A DNA stretch of 64,000 bases. Origin: the human T2T-CHM13v2.0 reference genome, Homo sapiens. Position 1 is the first letter of the stretch. Each line of letters begins with the position of its first letter. Location of the stretch: assembly GCF_009914755.1 (NCBI RefSeq), contig NC_060926.1; one strand, given 5' to 3'. Below, one piece after another: positions 1-18,061 of this stretch. Below the pieces are notes generated by a model, which had not been told where the DNA came from, made no database searches, and was given only the letters and a program-made list of their open reading frames with translations. Both the position numbers and the translations under genes were made by a program.

Positions 1-120
1 AGGCAGGAGAATGGTGTGAACCTGGGAGGCAGAGCTTGCAGTGAGCCAAGATTGCACCACTGCACTCCAGCCTGGGCGACAGAGCAAGACTCCATCTCAA
101 AAAAAAAAAAAAAAAACAAA
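1..120 (+). mobile_element. Alu right-arm 3' end with poly(A), cut by the window edge
   Basis: aggcaggagaatgg...gcagtgagccaagattgcaccactgcactccagcctgggcgacagagc followed by an A-tail. Confidence 0.95.
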
Positions 121-595
121 GAACATTATTATAAATTATGCTGTGAAGATAGAATGTAATCACCAATTCATTTGTCAAGACTTAAAATAATCAAAGTTCT
201 AAAGACACTTTAGAGTCATTCTGAAATATTTTTCCATTACATTTTTCTGAAATCTGCTTGGGCATTGGGATGGTTATAATTCAACTATGTGAATGAAATA
301 ACTGACATAAGGCATATCGACAAATACATTTATAATAAATGTGTCAAAGTGGAGTGCCAATATATGCATGTATTCGTAAACCAAATTGCATTCATTTGCT
401 CACTTATTAACAATTATTGATTAAATACTTAATGTAAGCAAGACATGTAAGTATTGTGCAGAACTTTGTGTTCTCAGATATGTTAAAATCTATATGAATC
501 TATAAGAATATAAAATCAATACAAATATAAAAAGCAAATTTACCAATTAGGCTCATGAGATCAGTTTCACAGAGATGATTCTAAAACTATTTGCC

Positions 596-900
<305 letters not shown>

Positions 901-1567
901 AAAACTATTTGCTTATATTTTTACCTTTTCTACATTTTGTGGATTATGTCAGGTAAACACAGTCAATTTTATGCTGTATTTGAGCCAGCCATATGTTTAT
1001 TTGATTTTTTTCACTTTAATCTGTTTTATTAAGATTCATAAGGGATTATTTAAAGAATTTATTGTAAATAACTTTTAAATGTATAGTGCATATTTTGAAG
1101 CTATATTTAAATTTGTTAAGTGTAAATTTAAAATTATTCAATATTTCAATTATACTAACACTTTTCTGATTATAAAATGTCTCTATCTCTAGTAATGATT
1201 TTAACTCATATTTAATTTTGTTACATTATTAAGGTTATGGAATGTTATTTCCTTTACATTGACATGAAACATGAATATTAAAATTTTTTCACTTCCAACA
1301 TTTCTTTGTCCTTATATTTTACATATCTCTCTTTTATGTAGCCTGCAGACAGACACTTTCCCCACAATTAAATGTGAGAAGCATAGTCTTTTTATTGTAG
1401 CATTTGGTTTACATCTCATCTAATCACTGATGTTATTTAACATTTATAATTCCACTTTTTACTTTAGATGACATCTGGAGTAGAAGTAGGTTGTGTAAAA
1501 GCAACCAATAATTAAAATGAGTAAACGATGATTCTTTGTGAGTTTTAGTTTACTCTTGTATCTTACT

Positions 1568-1690
1568 TTGAGTAGCCCCAGAAGCAGAACCTGAGACATT
1601 GTTGTAAGTACAAGTAATAAATTTTTTTAGGGTGGTGATTCCAGGAAATATGAGTAGGGTGATGGCATTGTGAGAGTGGTAAAGAAAATC
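1568..1690 (-). mobile_element. Old ERVL-class LTR fragment (LTR33-like)
   Basis: ccccagaagcagaacctgagaca...ggtggtgattccaggaa resembles the recalled LTR33 terminus; highly diverged. Confidence 0.35.
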
Positions 1691-2784
1691 TATGGAATAT
1701 AATTTTGACAAAACCTAAATAACCCTGCCAGTCTCTGAATTTCTTGTTTATTGGGAAGATTATATGAGATAATTCCTTATTTTCCACAGTTTGAAGAATG
1801 TCTCTGATAAAAATTTATCCATGTAATTACCAGTTTTCACAGATTGAGCAGAAAAATGAATTTTAGCTACATTTGCCAGTCACCTTCTATTTGTTTATTA
1901 TGATTTCAGTGTACATTCACACAAAATTGTGGCATGGAAACATATAGTCTACTGTAATACTACACAAAAGTTTCAGCTTGCTAGAATAATATTCCAATAA
2001 TGTTAAGTAGATATTAGATTCAATAACCAAGAGCAAATGAGTACATCGCACAGATGATAAACTACTTCCTTAGAGGAGGAAAGTCAAGAGGAGTTAACTA
2101 TATTGACACATATGCCTGGCTAGACTCCAAAATTGGAATGAAAAAGAAATTGGCCAGGTATACAATAGCATACCAATCTCTTTGACCTGTTAAACTTCCA
2201 TGTCATGTATCTGATGCAATTAGAGGAGCCACCATGTTTAATCCTCAGGTGTCCATTGGCAACCTTTAGGAACCTCTGTTTAATACACTGGCCATGTAGA
2301 ACAATTTTAAAAATGAAGTCAATTAACCTACTTTTATCATTTCCATAATCAAAGCAGTGATTTTTTTGGTAACCTTTTAAGATTACTGTATGTATAGTTG
2401 ACTCCCTGGGAGTGAATGGTTAAGTCCACATTTAGCATAGTCAATTAAAATTGAGCAAAAGCAAGATTTAATCAATTTGCCTGGAATAGGGCAAAAGCAA
2501 TCTTAAAAATGTCATAGAACACACAAGTCCACTTTACCTAAACCATTGCAAAAAAGACCAAGATCCCCAATAAGAGGTGAAGGTTGGAGAATGACTGAAG
2601 TGAGATTTTAGACTCTCGGTCAATATTTTTCACATTTTAAGCTTCAATAGAGATGGCAATTCCAGTTCCCTGTTCAAGTACTTTTGTTGTTACTATTCTA
2701 AATCTTGATCCTTGAAATTAAAACTAAAGGCATCCAGATTAGAGCAGATAAAATACATTTGTTCCTGGCTATAAAAAGTGGTTA

Positions 2785-3105
<321 letters not shown>

Positions 3106-3324
3106 AAAGTGGTTATGTGCCAGAGTGTATTCTTCTTGGAGCAATAGTTCAGTATTCACTAGCTCATTGTTGGTGGTGACTTCATGGAAACTCTCTTTAT
3201 TAACAAGAATTGACTGTACTTGGCAAAAAAAGCTTTGTCCAGTTAAATAATTATTCAGCTTCTTACAATGCTTTTAAAACTTTAGTTTTGCTAAAAATGA
3301 CCAGGGGAATTTATTGGTATCATA

Positions 3325-3447
3325 GTTTCTCAGGACCCATTCTCAGATAATTTGATTTGATAGAACTAAGATGGAAATAAGAATCTATGTTTTGCTGACA
3401 TAATGAGTAATTCAGGTGCAGGCAATCTACTCTTTGAGAAACACTAC
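3325..3447. mobile_element. MER5A-like hAT-Charlie fragment
   Basis: Ends ...aattcaggtgcaggc...ctttgagaaacacta, a MER5-type terminus; degenerate. Confidence 0.4.
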
Positions 3448-3639
3448 GTGACAATGGAAATGCCGCTATTCTCAATTTACTAAGGATATTTTTTATTTGT
3501 TATAAATCAAACCTGTTGAAACTACCAGTTAGATCAACATTTTGAAGCACCAATATTTCAAAAATATTCCTGAGTCACTCAGTCTACTTAGTCACAGTAA
3601 GACACAGATTTTCTCTCCCTAAATTCCATAGTCTTTTTG

Positions 3640-4364
3640 AAAAAATTTCAGTAGTTTTTTGGGGAACATGTGCTGTATTGTTAGATGGATAAGTTCTTTA
3701 GTGGTGATTTCTAAGATTTTGGTGAGCCCATCACCCAAGCAGTGTATACTGTACACAATGTGTAGTCTTTTGTCCCTCAGCCCCCTCCCACCATTTACCT
3801 CAAGTCCCCAAAGACCACTGTATCATTCTTATGCCTTTGCATTCTCATAGCTTAGCTCCCATTACAAAAGAGAATATACAATATTTGGTTTTCCATTCCT
3901 GAGTTACTTTACACAGAATAATGGTCTCCGACTCCATCCAGGTTGCTGTGAATGCCATTATTTCAGTCCTCCTTATGGCTGAGTAGTATTCCATGGCATA
4001 TAAATACCACATTTTCTTTATCCACTCATTGACTGATGGGCATTTGGGCTGGTTTTATATTTTTGCAATTGCAAATTGTGCTGCTATAAACATGCCCGTG
4101 AAAGTGTCTTTTTCATATAATGACTTCTTTTCCTCTAGGTAGATACCCAGTAGTGAAGTTGCTGGATTTTATGGTATATCTACATTTAGTTCTTTAAGGA
4201 ATCTCCATGTTGTTTTCCATAGTGGTTGTAATAGTTTACATTACCACCAGCAATGTAAAAGCGTTCCCTTTTCAATATCACTAATTATCAGGGAAATGCA
4301 AACCGCAATGTGATACCATATTACTCCCACAAGAATGGCCACAATTTTAAAATAAAAAAAATAG
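3640..4364 (-). mobile_element. 5'-truncated L1PB-like 3' end with inverted 5' segment (4273-4364 on +)
   Basis: L1PB-type 3'UTR (gataagttctttagtggtgatttc...cttagctccc) on the minus strand, switching at 4272/4273 to plus-strand ORF2-end sequence (tcactaattatcagggaaatgcaaa...aagaatggcc). Confidence 0.8.
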
Positions 4365-4454
4365 TATTTTAAAAGACTGTAGTAACATACTGATCTCCTT
4401 TTCAAAAGCTGTGGTTGAAACGGATTAATTGCTCCTAACATGTTTGAAATGGTT

Positions 4455-4750
4455 ATGGAAAGGGGATATGTTGATCAAAGGATACAAGTTTTAGTTAGAC
4501 TGGAGGAATAGGTTTTAGTGATCTTTTGCACTTCATCATGACACAGTTAATAATGTAGTATGTATTTCAAAACTGCTGAATTAATAGATTTTTAATGTTC
4601 TCACCACACACAAAAAAATGTTAAATTGGTAAGGTGGTGGATGTGTTAATTAGCTTAATTTAATCTTTTTCTAATGTATACATAGATCAAAACATCACAT
4701 TGTGCCCCATAAATATATATAACTATTATTTGTCAAATAAAAATAAATAA
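4455..4750 (+). mobile_element. L1MA-type 3' UTR fragment
   Basis: ttgatcaaaggatacaagttttagttagactggaggaatag...gttctcaccac...aaataaaaataaataa. Confidence 0.75.
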
Positions 4751-5737
4751 GCTTATTTTTAAAAATAAGTCTGGTAATTATTCAGCCATATCATTTTCTG
4801 AATTATTCCTTTTATGTAGGTAGCAACCTGACCAAGGATTGGTTTCAAGGCTGTGTATTAATTTCTCTGAATCAAAAGTAGAGAGACTTGTAAATTTAAA
4901 TTGATATATGAATATATAAATAATATTATATATAAATTATTGGCTTTCTTATTTAGGTGATATTCATATGCAACTAAAGTTCCAATTATGGTTGAACAGT
5001 TTTATAGGATTAAAACAGTTTTATAAATTAACACAGCTTTATAGATGCTAATGTAAAGATGTTTAAAATGATACAGTTTTTTCTAAATGTTTTTATTGTT
5101 AGCTATATTTTTATGGATGAAATAAAATTAGTATGTTAATGTCAGCATCAATTAAAATACTTGGTTTTTATATATCTTTTTATTTAATGTAAGCATTCAG
5201 TTGGAGGTTAGTGCTCAATGTCATAATGTACACATGCTGGGATTTCAGTGATAGAATAAAATTGTGACTGTTTTGCTATATATATTTATATATGCTATAT
5301 ATATTATAGCATAATATTTTGATTGATTATCTAGGTTAGGGAGTAATTTAGTATTTTCCTTTGTCATGCATTTTGGATACAACTCGTTCACATTTGCTGA
5401 TCACATTTCTGCAAGGACTTTCAACCATCTGTGCTCTGTAGTTGCTCAAAATGTTAAACCCAAAGGGAAATAAATGACAATAATCATTAACATGAAGCAA
5501 CAATAAAGGATCTAAATTTGCAAGCTCAGGCTTTGCCTACAGTTTATGATTAATGAAGGCAAACACATACTGAAAGCTGATTATATGTTTCATTTTATGT
5601 GACGCCTAAGGGGCTGTAGCTTAAGAGAAACAGTATTGGAATCCCTCAAATCTCAGTACAAGTTCAATTTGTTTTCCCACTCGCATTGATTTTTAGATAG
5701 TCCTCAGTAAACTGAATCAGCAATAACTCTTGCACTA

Positions 5738-6072
5738 CAGTGTATGTTAAGCAATTTGAATATTTTCTGAGAAATGTGTCTATAGATGATTTCATTATTG
5801 TGCAAATGTCATAGAGTGTACTTACACAAAACACCTAGGCTATAGGGTATAGCCTATTGCTCTTAGGCTACAGGCCTGTACAGCATGTTACTGTACTGAA
5901 TACTGTAGGCAACTGCAAATGCAAATGTAATGCAAAACATAATGTAAGTATTTGTGTATCTAAACATATATAAATATAGAAAAGGTATAGTAAAAATACA
6001 CTATTATAATCTTATGGGGCTACTCTCATATATGTGATTTATCACTGACTGAAACATCATTATGTGGTGATA
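5738..6072. mobile_element. Tigger3/MER7-type DNA transposon fossil
   Basis: ttctgagaaatgtgtc...catagagtgtacttacacaaa...ctaggctatagggtatagcctattgctcttaggctaca...actgaaacatcattatgtgg. Confidence 0.8.
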
Positions 6073-7209
6073 CATATATATCACCTGGCTGGGTTGTGTT
6101 GTAATTTAACAATAGTTATTGATCTGTTGGCCAGTAGGGGTATAGGGCATAGATCCTAAACAGGCACACGTTCTCTTGCAAGACAGAGAACTCTGTATCA
6201 ATTTTAAGCTAGGAAGAAAACACTGGCGTTTTAGGACAGAAATGAGTCACTTAGGAGGATTCATAGGATTAAGGAAAATATGAGAATTCAGGGTTGTTGA
6301 GTGCATGATTCCTGAATGCCCACACCCCAAATCTCAGGGATTTATTATTTCCAATCAGGGAAGGCATACTTGGCGTAGACTGCTGGGGATGATAAATTCA
6401 CAACCTTCATTGGAGCATTGCTATAATTATAATGTGCCACAGGTCTTAGTGATTTCTAGCCTTTATCTAAATAAGATAAGAGTGCCTTTTGTACTGGCTT
6501 TGAGATTACCTGGTTTTCACATTTTGATTTAACTTGGTAATTAGTCATTCTTAGATATGCACCACTTTTCTTTAGTACATTAGCAACGTCTAACAATAGT
6601 CCTTATATTCATTTTTGAATAATAATTACTGTTGTTCTGAAACTCTCAGAAGTCTGAGATACCACACTTACCAGTGCATTTCCTTCAACCAGTATACCAT
6701 ACCAACCAGTTTATCACTGGTGAAAGTATTAACAGTTTCACCGTCAGTTTGAACCATGGTCTGTTTTTGCTTCACCTTTAACCAGTGAGTGATTGAGTCC
6801 TCACTGCAATTGATGATGCCTATGGCAATGTACTATGCCAAGTACCAGACACAAAAGATATACTTGGAAATATAAATAAGGTACATAATCTGAAGCATAG
6901 CACTCCTGGGGTTCAGGGCCCCAACAGGCAGTACTGCCTGCCCAGGTCTATGAGTGGTAACATATTCAGCTTTAGCCACACAAATACTTCCTCTTAATGT
7001 GTATTCCAATTTATATTCCTACCAGCAGTATTCAAACTGCTCAAAATACTTGCCAGCCTCTTTTTCATTTCAGGTATTATTTTAGATTTATAATAATATC
7101 AATTTTTAGTTCTGCTTTTTATTTTTCTAATGGCTAATAGTTTCACATGTTTTTCAAAAATTTTAACAATTTAAATGCCCTTTTGGGGAAACACTCAATT
7201 TTCTATTGA

Positions 7210-7517
<308 letters not shown>

Positions 7518-10500
7518 CCTTATTATTAATTTTTAGGAGTTTTATATTCCAGATGTAAATTTGAGTAAAATTACTTAATTCTAATGTATCCATTTTATAT
7601 TTTCTTGAACTTTATCAATTGCATTTTTATATCTGATTGTAATATCATTGTCTATCCCAAATAATCAAGCTATATTACATATTTTTTCCCAAAAGCTTTA
7701 TTGTTTTACCTTTCACTTTTGGGTCAACTGTATATCATTTCATTGTTTTCTGGCTTTCACTGCTTATTTTGAGAAAATAAAATTCCTGTTGTTCTTCCTC
7801 TGATGTTAAACTGCGAAGCCATATTGCTCTACACTTTAGGGTAATGTTAAGATACGCTTAGCATCGTAGTTCTTATAATTATCTCTTTTAGAATCTGTGT
7901 AGCTTTAGAATTTTTGTAATGTTTATAATGTTCTTTCTCAGTTCGGGAGTTTGGGTGTATTTTTAATCCTATTCTTTTTTAATATTGCTTCTAAAATCTC
8001 ACAAGATTTTAAGAATATTTTATATAATTCTTTTTTTTTTCTTCAGGAGGTAAATTTTATGAAAAAAAAACTTTCTTCTCTCTCAAATACTATACTTTGA
8101 ACTGTTCTTTTTTACAATTCTTTTTTCTCCTGAATGTCTTGTTATAATAATCCAACATAGGTCCAAGATTAATGTATGAGTGAATCACAGATATTAAGAA
8201 GCCATTGAATATTTTCAGCAGTGGAATCACATTCCCAGATGTACATCTTAAAAAGAATACTTTTTCTGTAATATTAAGAAAAAATAAACGTATATTAAGT
8301 ACTAAAATCAGGAAAGACATTTAAATGTTTCCCACTAGTCAGATAAGTGATGAGAGTGATCAGAAGAGGAACCAGATGGGGAAAAATATTATGAACTGAA
8401 ATGTTAATCCGAATTCAAAATAATTCTTTATTATTTGTGATGAGAATATAGTCAATCTATTTCATACTAAGATTAAGATGTGTCTAGGGTAAGTTCTTAA
8501 AATCCAAACTATTTCCAGTGAAATTATTACCATAACAATACAGAGGAGACAATTATTCTTACAAGTATTTCTTGCAGCAGCACACTGATTTGCCTGTTAT
8601 GAGTTTCCACATTTAAACAGTATTGGTAATGTGAGAATATTATATACTCCACTTTATTTTAAACAGAGTAGTGCCAAATTGGTGTTCTTTCTGTCAAAAT
8701 AGTGCAGATTATAACCAAAAGAAATAAACAAAAGAAAATAGAATAAATAACACATTCCCCAGGCACTAAGCAGTAAGCTGAAAGAGGAAAGTCTGTTTTC
8801 AGTGTATCATGACAGACCACAGCAGGCTTCTTCGTGGGAAATGCTACAAGGCATATTTCAATTGAAGAAATGAGCTTTAATAGGAATTCAATTTTACACA
8901 TAAATGTATACTGTGTGATAATCTCAAGTCTATTCAACAGCTGGATCTCAGGATTAGAATGAAGATGACAGAAGCATAGAGAATTATGTTCCTACAGAGT
9001 GAGAAAAATCCCATTAACTTTTAATGACCTATTTTTGTTAGGCTTTTAGTTTAAAACTATGACATAACCTACTGGTTATTGTGTATTATTTTATGAGTTA
9101 GACTCAGAGTGTACAAAATAAGTTGCACATATTTTCTTAATAATAGTCATTTTAATTTAGGGAGTCAGTCAAAGGCCAAGGTAGGTGTTTAGAGACTATT
9201 TTAGAAGTGGCACAGAGAAACCTAAGGGATAACTTATGCAAAACAGGAAAGTTTTGAATGCCATCAAAATTCATAGTAGTATACATCTAGAAATTAAATC
9301 TCAGTGCTGTGGTAGTTCCTGTACCACTCAATACTTCCTTGGTTCATCTATCTGCACAGCTGTCATCTTACAACAACAACAAAGCCTTTTATGACCAGCT
9401 AATGGTTTATGTTATTAGTTTAATTATTGTCTGGCCACTTAGAGACTCAACTTATTGGAAAGAAAATGGTGATTACCACAACTGAAAACTCCCTCGTCTC
9501 ACATTTTATTCAGGACACTACCTCATAGATTTATTACTTTGATGTTTTATAGAAAGGAAAGTTTAAACATTTTATTATTGAATTTTGTGTTATATACAAT
9601 AACGCTTAAATATTTCTTTTGCAAGTTTTTAAATAGTGAGTCTCATAAATTTTCTCCACTTGATTACTTATCTGCATTAGATCATGTTACAATAAAAAAA
9701 AACAGTACTAACTGTGTTGCAGATACTGTGCTAAATATTTGATATGTGTATGTTTATATAAGACTTGGCTCATTCCTTAATAGGAGAGGGAGGCAGAGCA
9801 AGATGGCTGAATAGAACTCTGCTGCAATCATCCTCCCACAGAGACATCGAACTGAACAACTATGTACACAAGAAAGGACCTTCAGTAATAACCAAAAAAA
9901 ATCAGACAAGCCATCACAGTACCTGATTTTAACATAATATCAAAGACAGAAGCATCAAAGAGGGCAGAAAACAATCTTGTAATGCCTACACCATCCTTCT
10001 CTCATCCCATATCAGCACCGTGGAGAAAAGCTTGTGCTCTTTGGGGAGGAAGAGTTGAGTGTGTGTCTATGCAATGTAACTCAGTGCTGACCTGTCATGG
10101 CGAAACAAAACATAGGGTAGAATTTTGTTGCAGCTCACAGAGGCAGCATTTAGACCAGCCCAGGGCCAGAGAGGAACTTTTCTCAGCCCCAGCTCATTAA
10201 ACATAAGTCCTGGCTGGCTCCACCACTGGTGAACTAACATGGCCTATGGCCAAGAATAAATTTGGATGGTAGTCAGATCACAAGGACTGCAGTCCTTGGG
10301 CAAGCCTTGGTGCTGTGCTGGTCTCAGAAGCAGTGGCATTGGGGTGCACATTACAGTGCAACACTGCCTGTGGTGGCCAAGGTAGTATCTACTTCACCTG
10401 TCTACCAACTCCAGGAAGTAGAGGTCAAAGAGAGACTCTTTCTATTTGGGGAAAGGAGAGGGAAGAGTACAGAGAACTTTGTCCTTCAACTTAAGTACCA

Positions 10501-12100
10501 GGTCAATGACAGTAAAATAAAGCACCAAGTAGATTCCTAAAGTTTCCAATTCCAGGTCTTCCGCATAGCATTTCTACCCCCATCCTGGGCCAGAATGGAA
10601 TGTGCTGCCAGGAAGGGAAGAACCCATTACAACAAGAATCACCACCTGCTGACTCACAGCCCTTGGGTCTTGAATAAACATCAGTGGTAGCCAGGTATTA
10701 GTCACCACAGGTCTTGTGCAAAATCTCAGGAATGACCCAGTGCCATGCCAGCTGTGGTGGCCACAAGACTGCCCATGTCACCCCTCTCCCAACTCCAGGC
10801 AGCACAGAATGTGGAGATTCTTATGCCTATTTGTGGGGGAAGAGTGGGAAGAGGGCAAGATACTTTGTCTGATAACTAAGTAAATTCTCTCTTATTTTAC
10901 CCAGCCCTACTAAAGTGGTGCCTGTAGGAGTTGGCAAGAATTAGAGCATTCTTGGGCTTAGGGCACCCTTTAGTGCTGATATGGATGCAGTGACCACAGG
11001 TTTAGATCGCAACATTGAGTCTACTCTGAATACATAAAAAACCTGCTAAAGAAAGACGCCCAGACAAACAACCCCAGACAGCAAAGACTGGAATAAATAC
11101 CTAACTCTTCAATGCCCAGACATCAACAAATGTTCACAGTCATCATGCATATCCAGGAAAACACAACCTCACCAAACTAAATAAGGTGTAAATGGAATGA
11201 CTAAGAAATGTGATCTTTCAGAGAATTCAAAATAGTGGCCTTGAGCAAACTAAGTGAACTTCAAGATACCCAGAGGAGAAATTCTAAATTCTGTCATAGA
11301 AATTTAACACTAAGATTGAAACAGTTTTTTAAAATCAAGCTGAAATTCTGGAGCTGAAAAATTTAACTGGCAAATTGAAAATATGCATGAGTCTCTCAAC
11401 AACAGAACCAATCAAGAAGAAGAAAAAAATAGTGAGTTTGAAGACAAGCTATATGAAAATGCAATCAGAAGAAAAAAAAATAAAGAAAAATAGAAAAAAA
11501 GTAAAACATACCTACAAGATCTAGAAAATAGCCTCAAAAAGGCAATTCTAAGAGTTATCGTCCATAAAGAAGACATAGAGAGAGTGATCTGAGTAGAAAG
11601 TTAATGCAAAGGAATAATAACAGTAATTTCCAAGCCTAGAGGAAGATATGAATAACCAGATACAAAAAGGTCATAGAACTCTAAGAAGATTCAACCCTAA
11701 TAAGACTGGCTCAAGGCATACATTAGTTAAACTGTAAAGGTTAGAAATAAAGAAAGGGTCCTAAAAGCAGTAAGAGGAAAGAAGCAAATCACAAATAAAG
11801 GGGCTCCAATATGCCCGGCAACAGACTTCTCAAGAGAAACGTTTTAGGACAGAAGAGAGTAGGATAAAATATTCAGTGCTGAAGGAAAAGTACTGTCAAC
11901 CTAGAATAACATATCCAGGAAAATTATCCTTCAAACATGAAAGAGAAATATTTTTCCTGACAAACAAAAGCTAAGGGATTTTTTTCAGCACAAGACCTGT
12001 CTTACGAGATATGCTAAAGGAAATTTTTCAGTTTGAAAGGAAAGGACACTAATGAACAACCAGAAATCACCTGCTAACGGTAAATACATAAATACAGAAT

Positions 12101-12608
12101 TGCCAAGGCCAGCTTGGTCTTGGAGACCCTAACCCAACGGCACTAGAGGAATTAAAGACACACACACAGAAATATAGAGTGTGGAGTGGGAAATCAGGGG
12201 ACTCACAGCCTTCAGAGCTAAGAGCCTGGAACAGAGTTTTACCCACATATTTATTGACAGCAAGCCAGTGATAAGCATTGTTTCTGTAGATTATAGATTA
12301 ACTAAAAGTATTCCTTATGGGAAACAAAGGGATGGGCCAAAACAAAGGGATGTGCTCTGGCTAGTTATCTGCAGCAGGAACATGTCCTTAAGGCACAGAT
12401 TGCTCATGCTATGGTTTGTGGTTTAGGAACCTTTAAGCAATTTTCCGCCCTGGGTGTGCCAGGTATTCCTTGACCTCATTCCGGTAAACCTACAACCTTC
12501 AGCGTGGGCGTCATGGCCATCACGAACATGTCACAGTGCTGCAGAGATTTTCTTTATGGCCAGTTTTGGGGCCAGTTTATGGCCAGATCTGGGGGCCTGT
12601 TCTCAACA
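12101..12608 (-). mobile_element. MER9 solo LTR (HERV-K HML-3)
   Basis: Minus strand begins tgttgagaacaggcccccagatctggccataaactggccccaaaactggccataaa; TG...CA ends; 6-bp TSD cagaat/gagaat. Confidence 0.88.
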
Positions 12609-13154
12609 GAGAATAGTGTGACACTGTAATTGCAATCTGGAAACCACTCATATCTTTAGTATAAGAAAGAAAGACAAACCTATCAAAAACAATAGCTACA
12701 ACAATTTTTAAGAGATGGTTTAAAAAGATCTGAATAAAGACAACAGAAAGTAGAAAAGTTAGAGGATTGAAGTTAAAGTGTAGAGTTTTTATTTTTTATT
12801 ATACTTTAAGTTCTAGGGTACATGTGCACAATGTGCAGATTTGTTACATATGTATACATGTGCCTTGTTGGTGTGCTGCACCCATTAACTCGTCATTTAC
12901 ATTAGGTATTTCTCCTTTTTTTAATTTAATTTTATTTATTTATTTTTTTATTATACTTTAAGTTTTAGGGTACATGTGCACATTGTGCAGGTTAGTTACA
13001 TATGTATACATGTGCCATGCTGGTGCGCTGCACCCACTAACTCATCATCTAGCATTAGGTATATCTCCCAATGCTATCCCTCCCCGCTCCCCCCACCCCA
13101 AAACAGTCCCTAGAGTGTGATATTCCCCTTCCTGTGTCCATGTGATCTCATTGT

Positions 13155-16996
<3,842 letters not shown>

Positions 16997-17044
16997 TTAT
17001 TTTGCTCATTAGTTGATGCAGTTTCTTCCTAGTCTTGATGGTCT

Positions 17045-18061
17045 TTACATTTTGGCATGATTTTGCAGCGGCTGGTACCGGTTGTTCCTTTCCATGTTTA
17101 GCTCTTCCTTCAGGAGCTCTTTTAGGGCGGGCCTGGTGATGACAAAATCTCTCAGCATTTGCTTGTCTGTAAAGTATTTTATTTCTCCTTCACTTATGAA
17201 GCTTAGTTTGGCTGGATATGAAATTCTGGGTTGAAAATTCTTTTCTTTAAGAATGTTGAATATTGGCCCCCACTCTCTTCTGGCTTGTAGGCTTTCTGCC
17301 GAGAGATCCACTGTTAGTCTGATGGGCTTCCCTTTGAGGGTAACCCGACCTTTCTCTCTGGCTGCCCTTAACATTTTTTCCTTCATTTCAACTTTGGTGA
17401 ATCTGACAATTACGTGTCTTGGAGTTGGTCTTCTCGAGGAGTATCTTTGTGGTGTTCTCTGTATTTCCCGAATCTGAACGTTGGCCTGCCTTCCTAGATT
17501 GGGGAAGTTCTCCTGGATAATATCCTGCAGAGTGTTTTCCAACTTGGTTCCATTCTCCCTATCACTTTCAGGTACACCAATCAGACGTAGATTTGGTCTT
17601 TTCACATAGTCCCATATTTCTTGGAGGCTTTGCTCATTTCTTTTTATTCTTTTTTCTCTAAACTTCCCTTATGGCTTCATTTCATTCATTTCGTCTTCCA
17701 TCGCTGATACCCTTTCTTCCAGTTGATCGCATCGGCTCCTGAGGCTTCTGCATTCTTCACGTAGGTCTCGAGCCTTGGTTTTCAGCTCCATCAGCTCCTT
17801 TAAGCACCTCTCTGTATTGGTTATTCTAGTTATACATTCTTCTAAATTTTTTTCAAAGTTTTCAACTTCTTTGCCTTTGGTTTGAATGTCCTCCCGTAGC
17901 TCAGAGTAATTTGATCGTCTGTAGCCTTCTTCTCTCAGCTCGTCAAAGTCTTTCTCCATCCAGCTTTGTTCCGTTGCTGGTGAGGAACTGCGTTCCTTTG
18001 GAGGAGGAGAGGCGCTCTGCTTTTTAGAGTTTCCAGTTTTTCTGTTCTGTTTTTTCCCCAT
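17045..18061 (-). pseudogene. L1 ORF1p (RNA-binding chaperone) with one in-frame stop
   Basis: MGKKQNRKTGNSK...NHAKM spans 1017 nt (338 codons plus stop); GAA>TAA at 17669-17671. Confidence 0.95.

Noticed and set aside
5835-5856. Hairpin taggctatagggtatagccta
   Set aside because: It is part of the Tigger3/MER7 consensus, not a novel structure.
6665-6895. Minus-strand donor (CTG|GTAAGT at ~6670) with a short open frame MVQTDGETVNTFTSDKLVGMVYWLKEMH
   Set aside because: The acceptor is weak, no protein is recognised, and the region may be an old hAT-type fossil.
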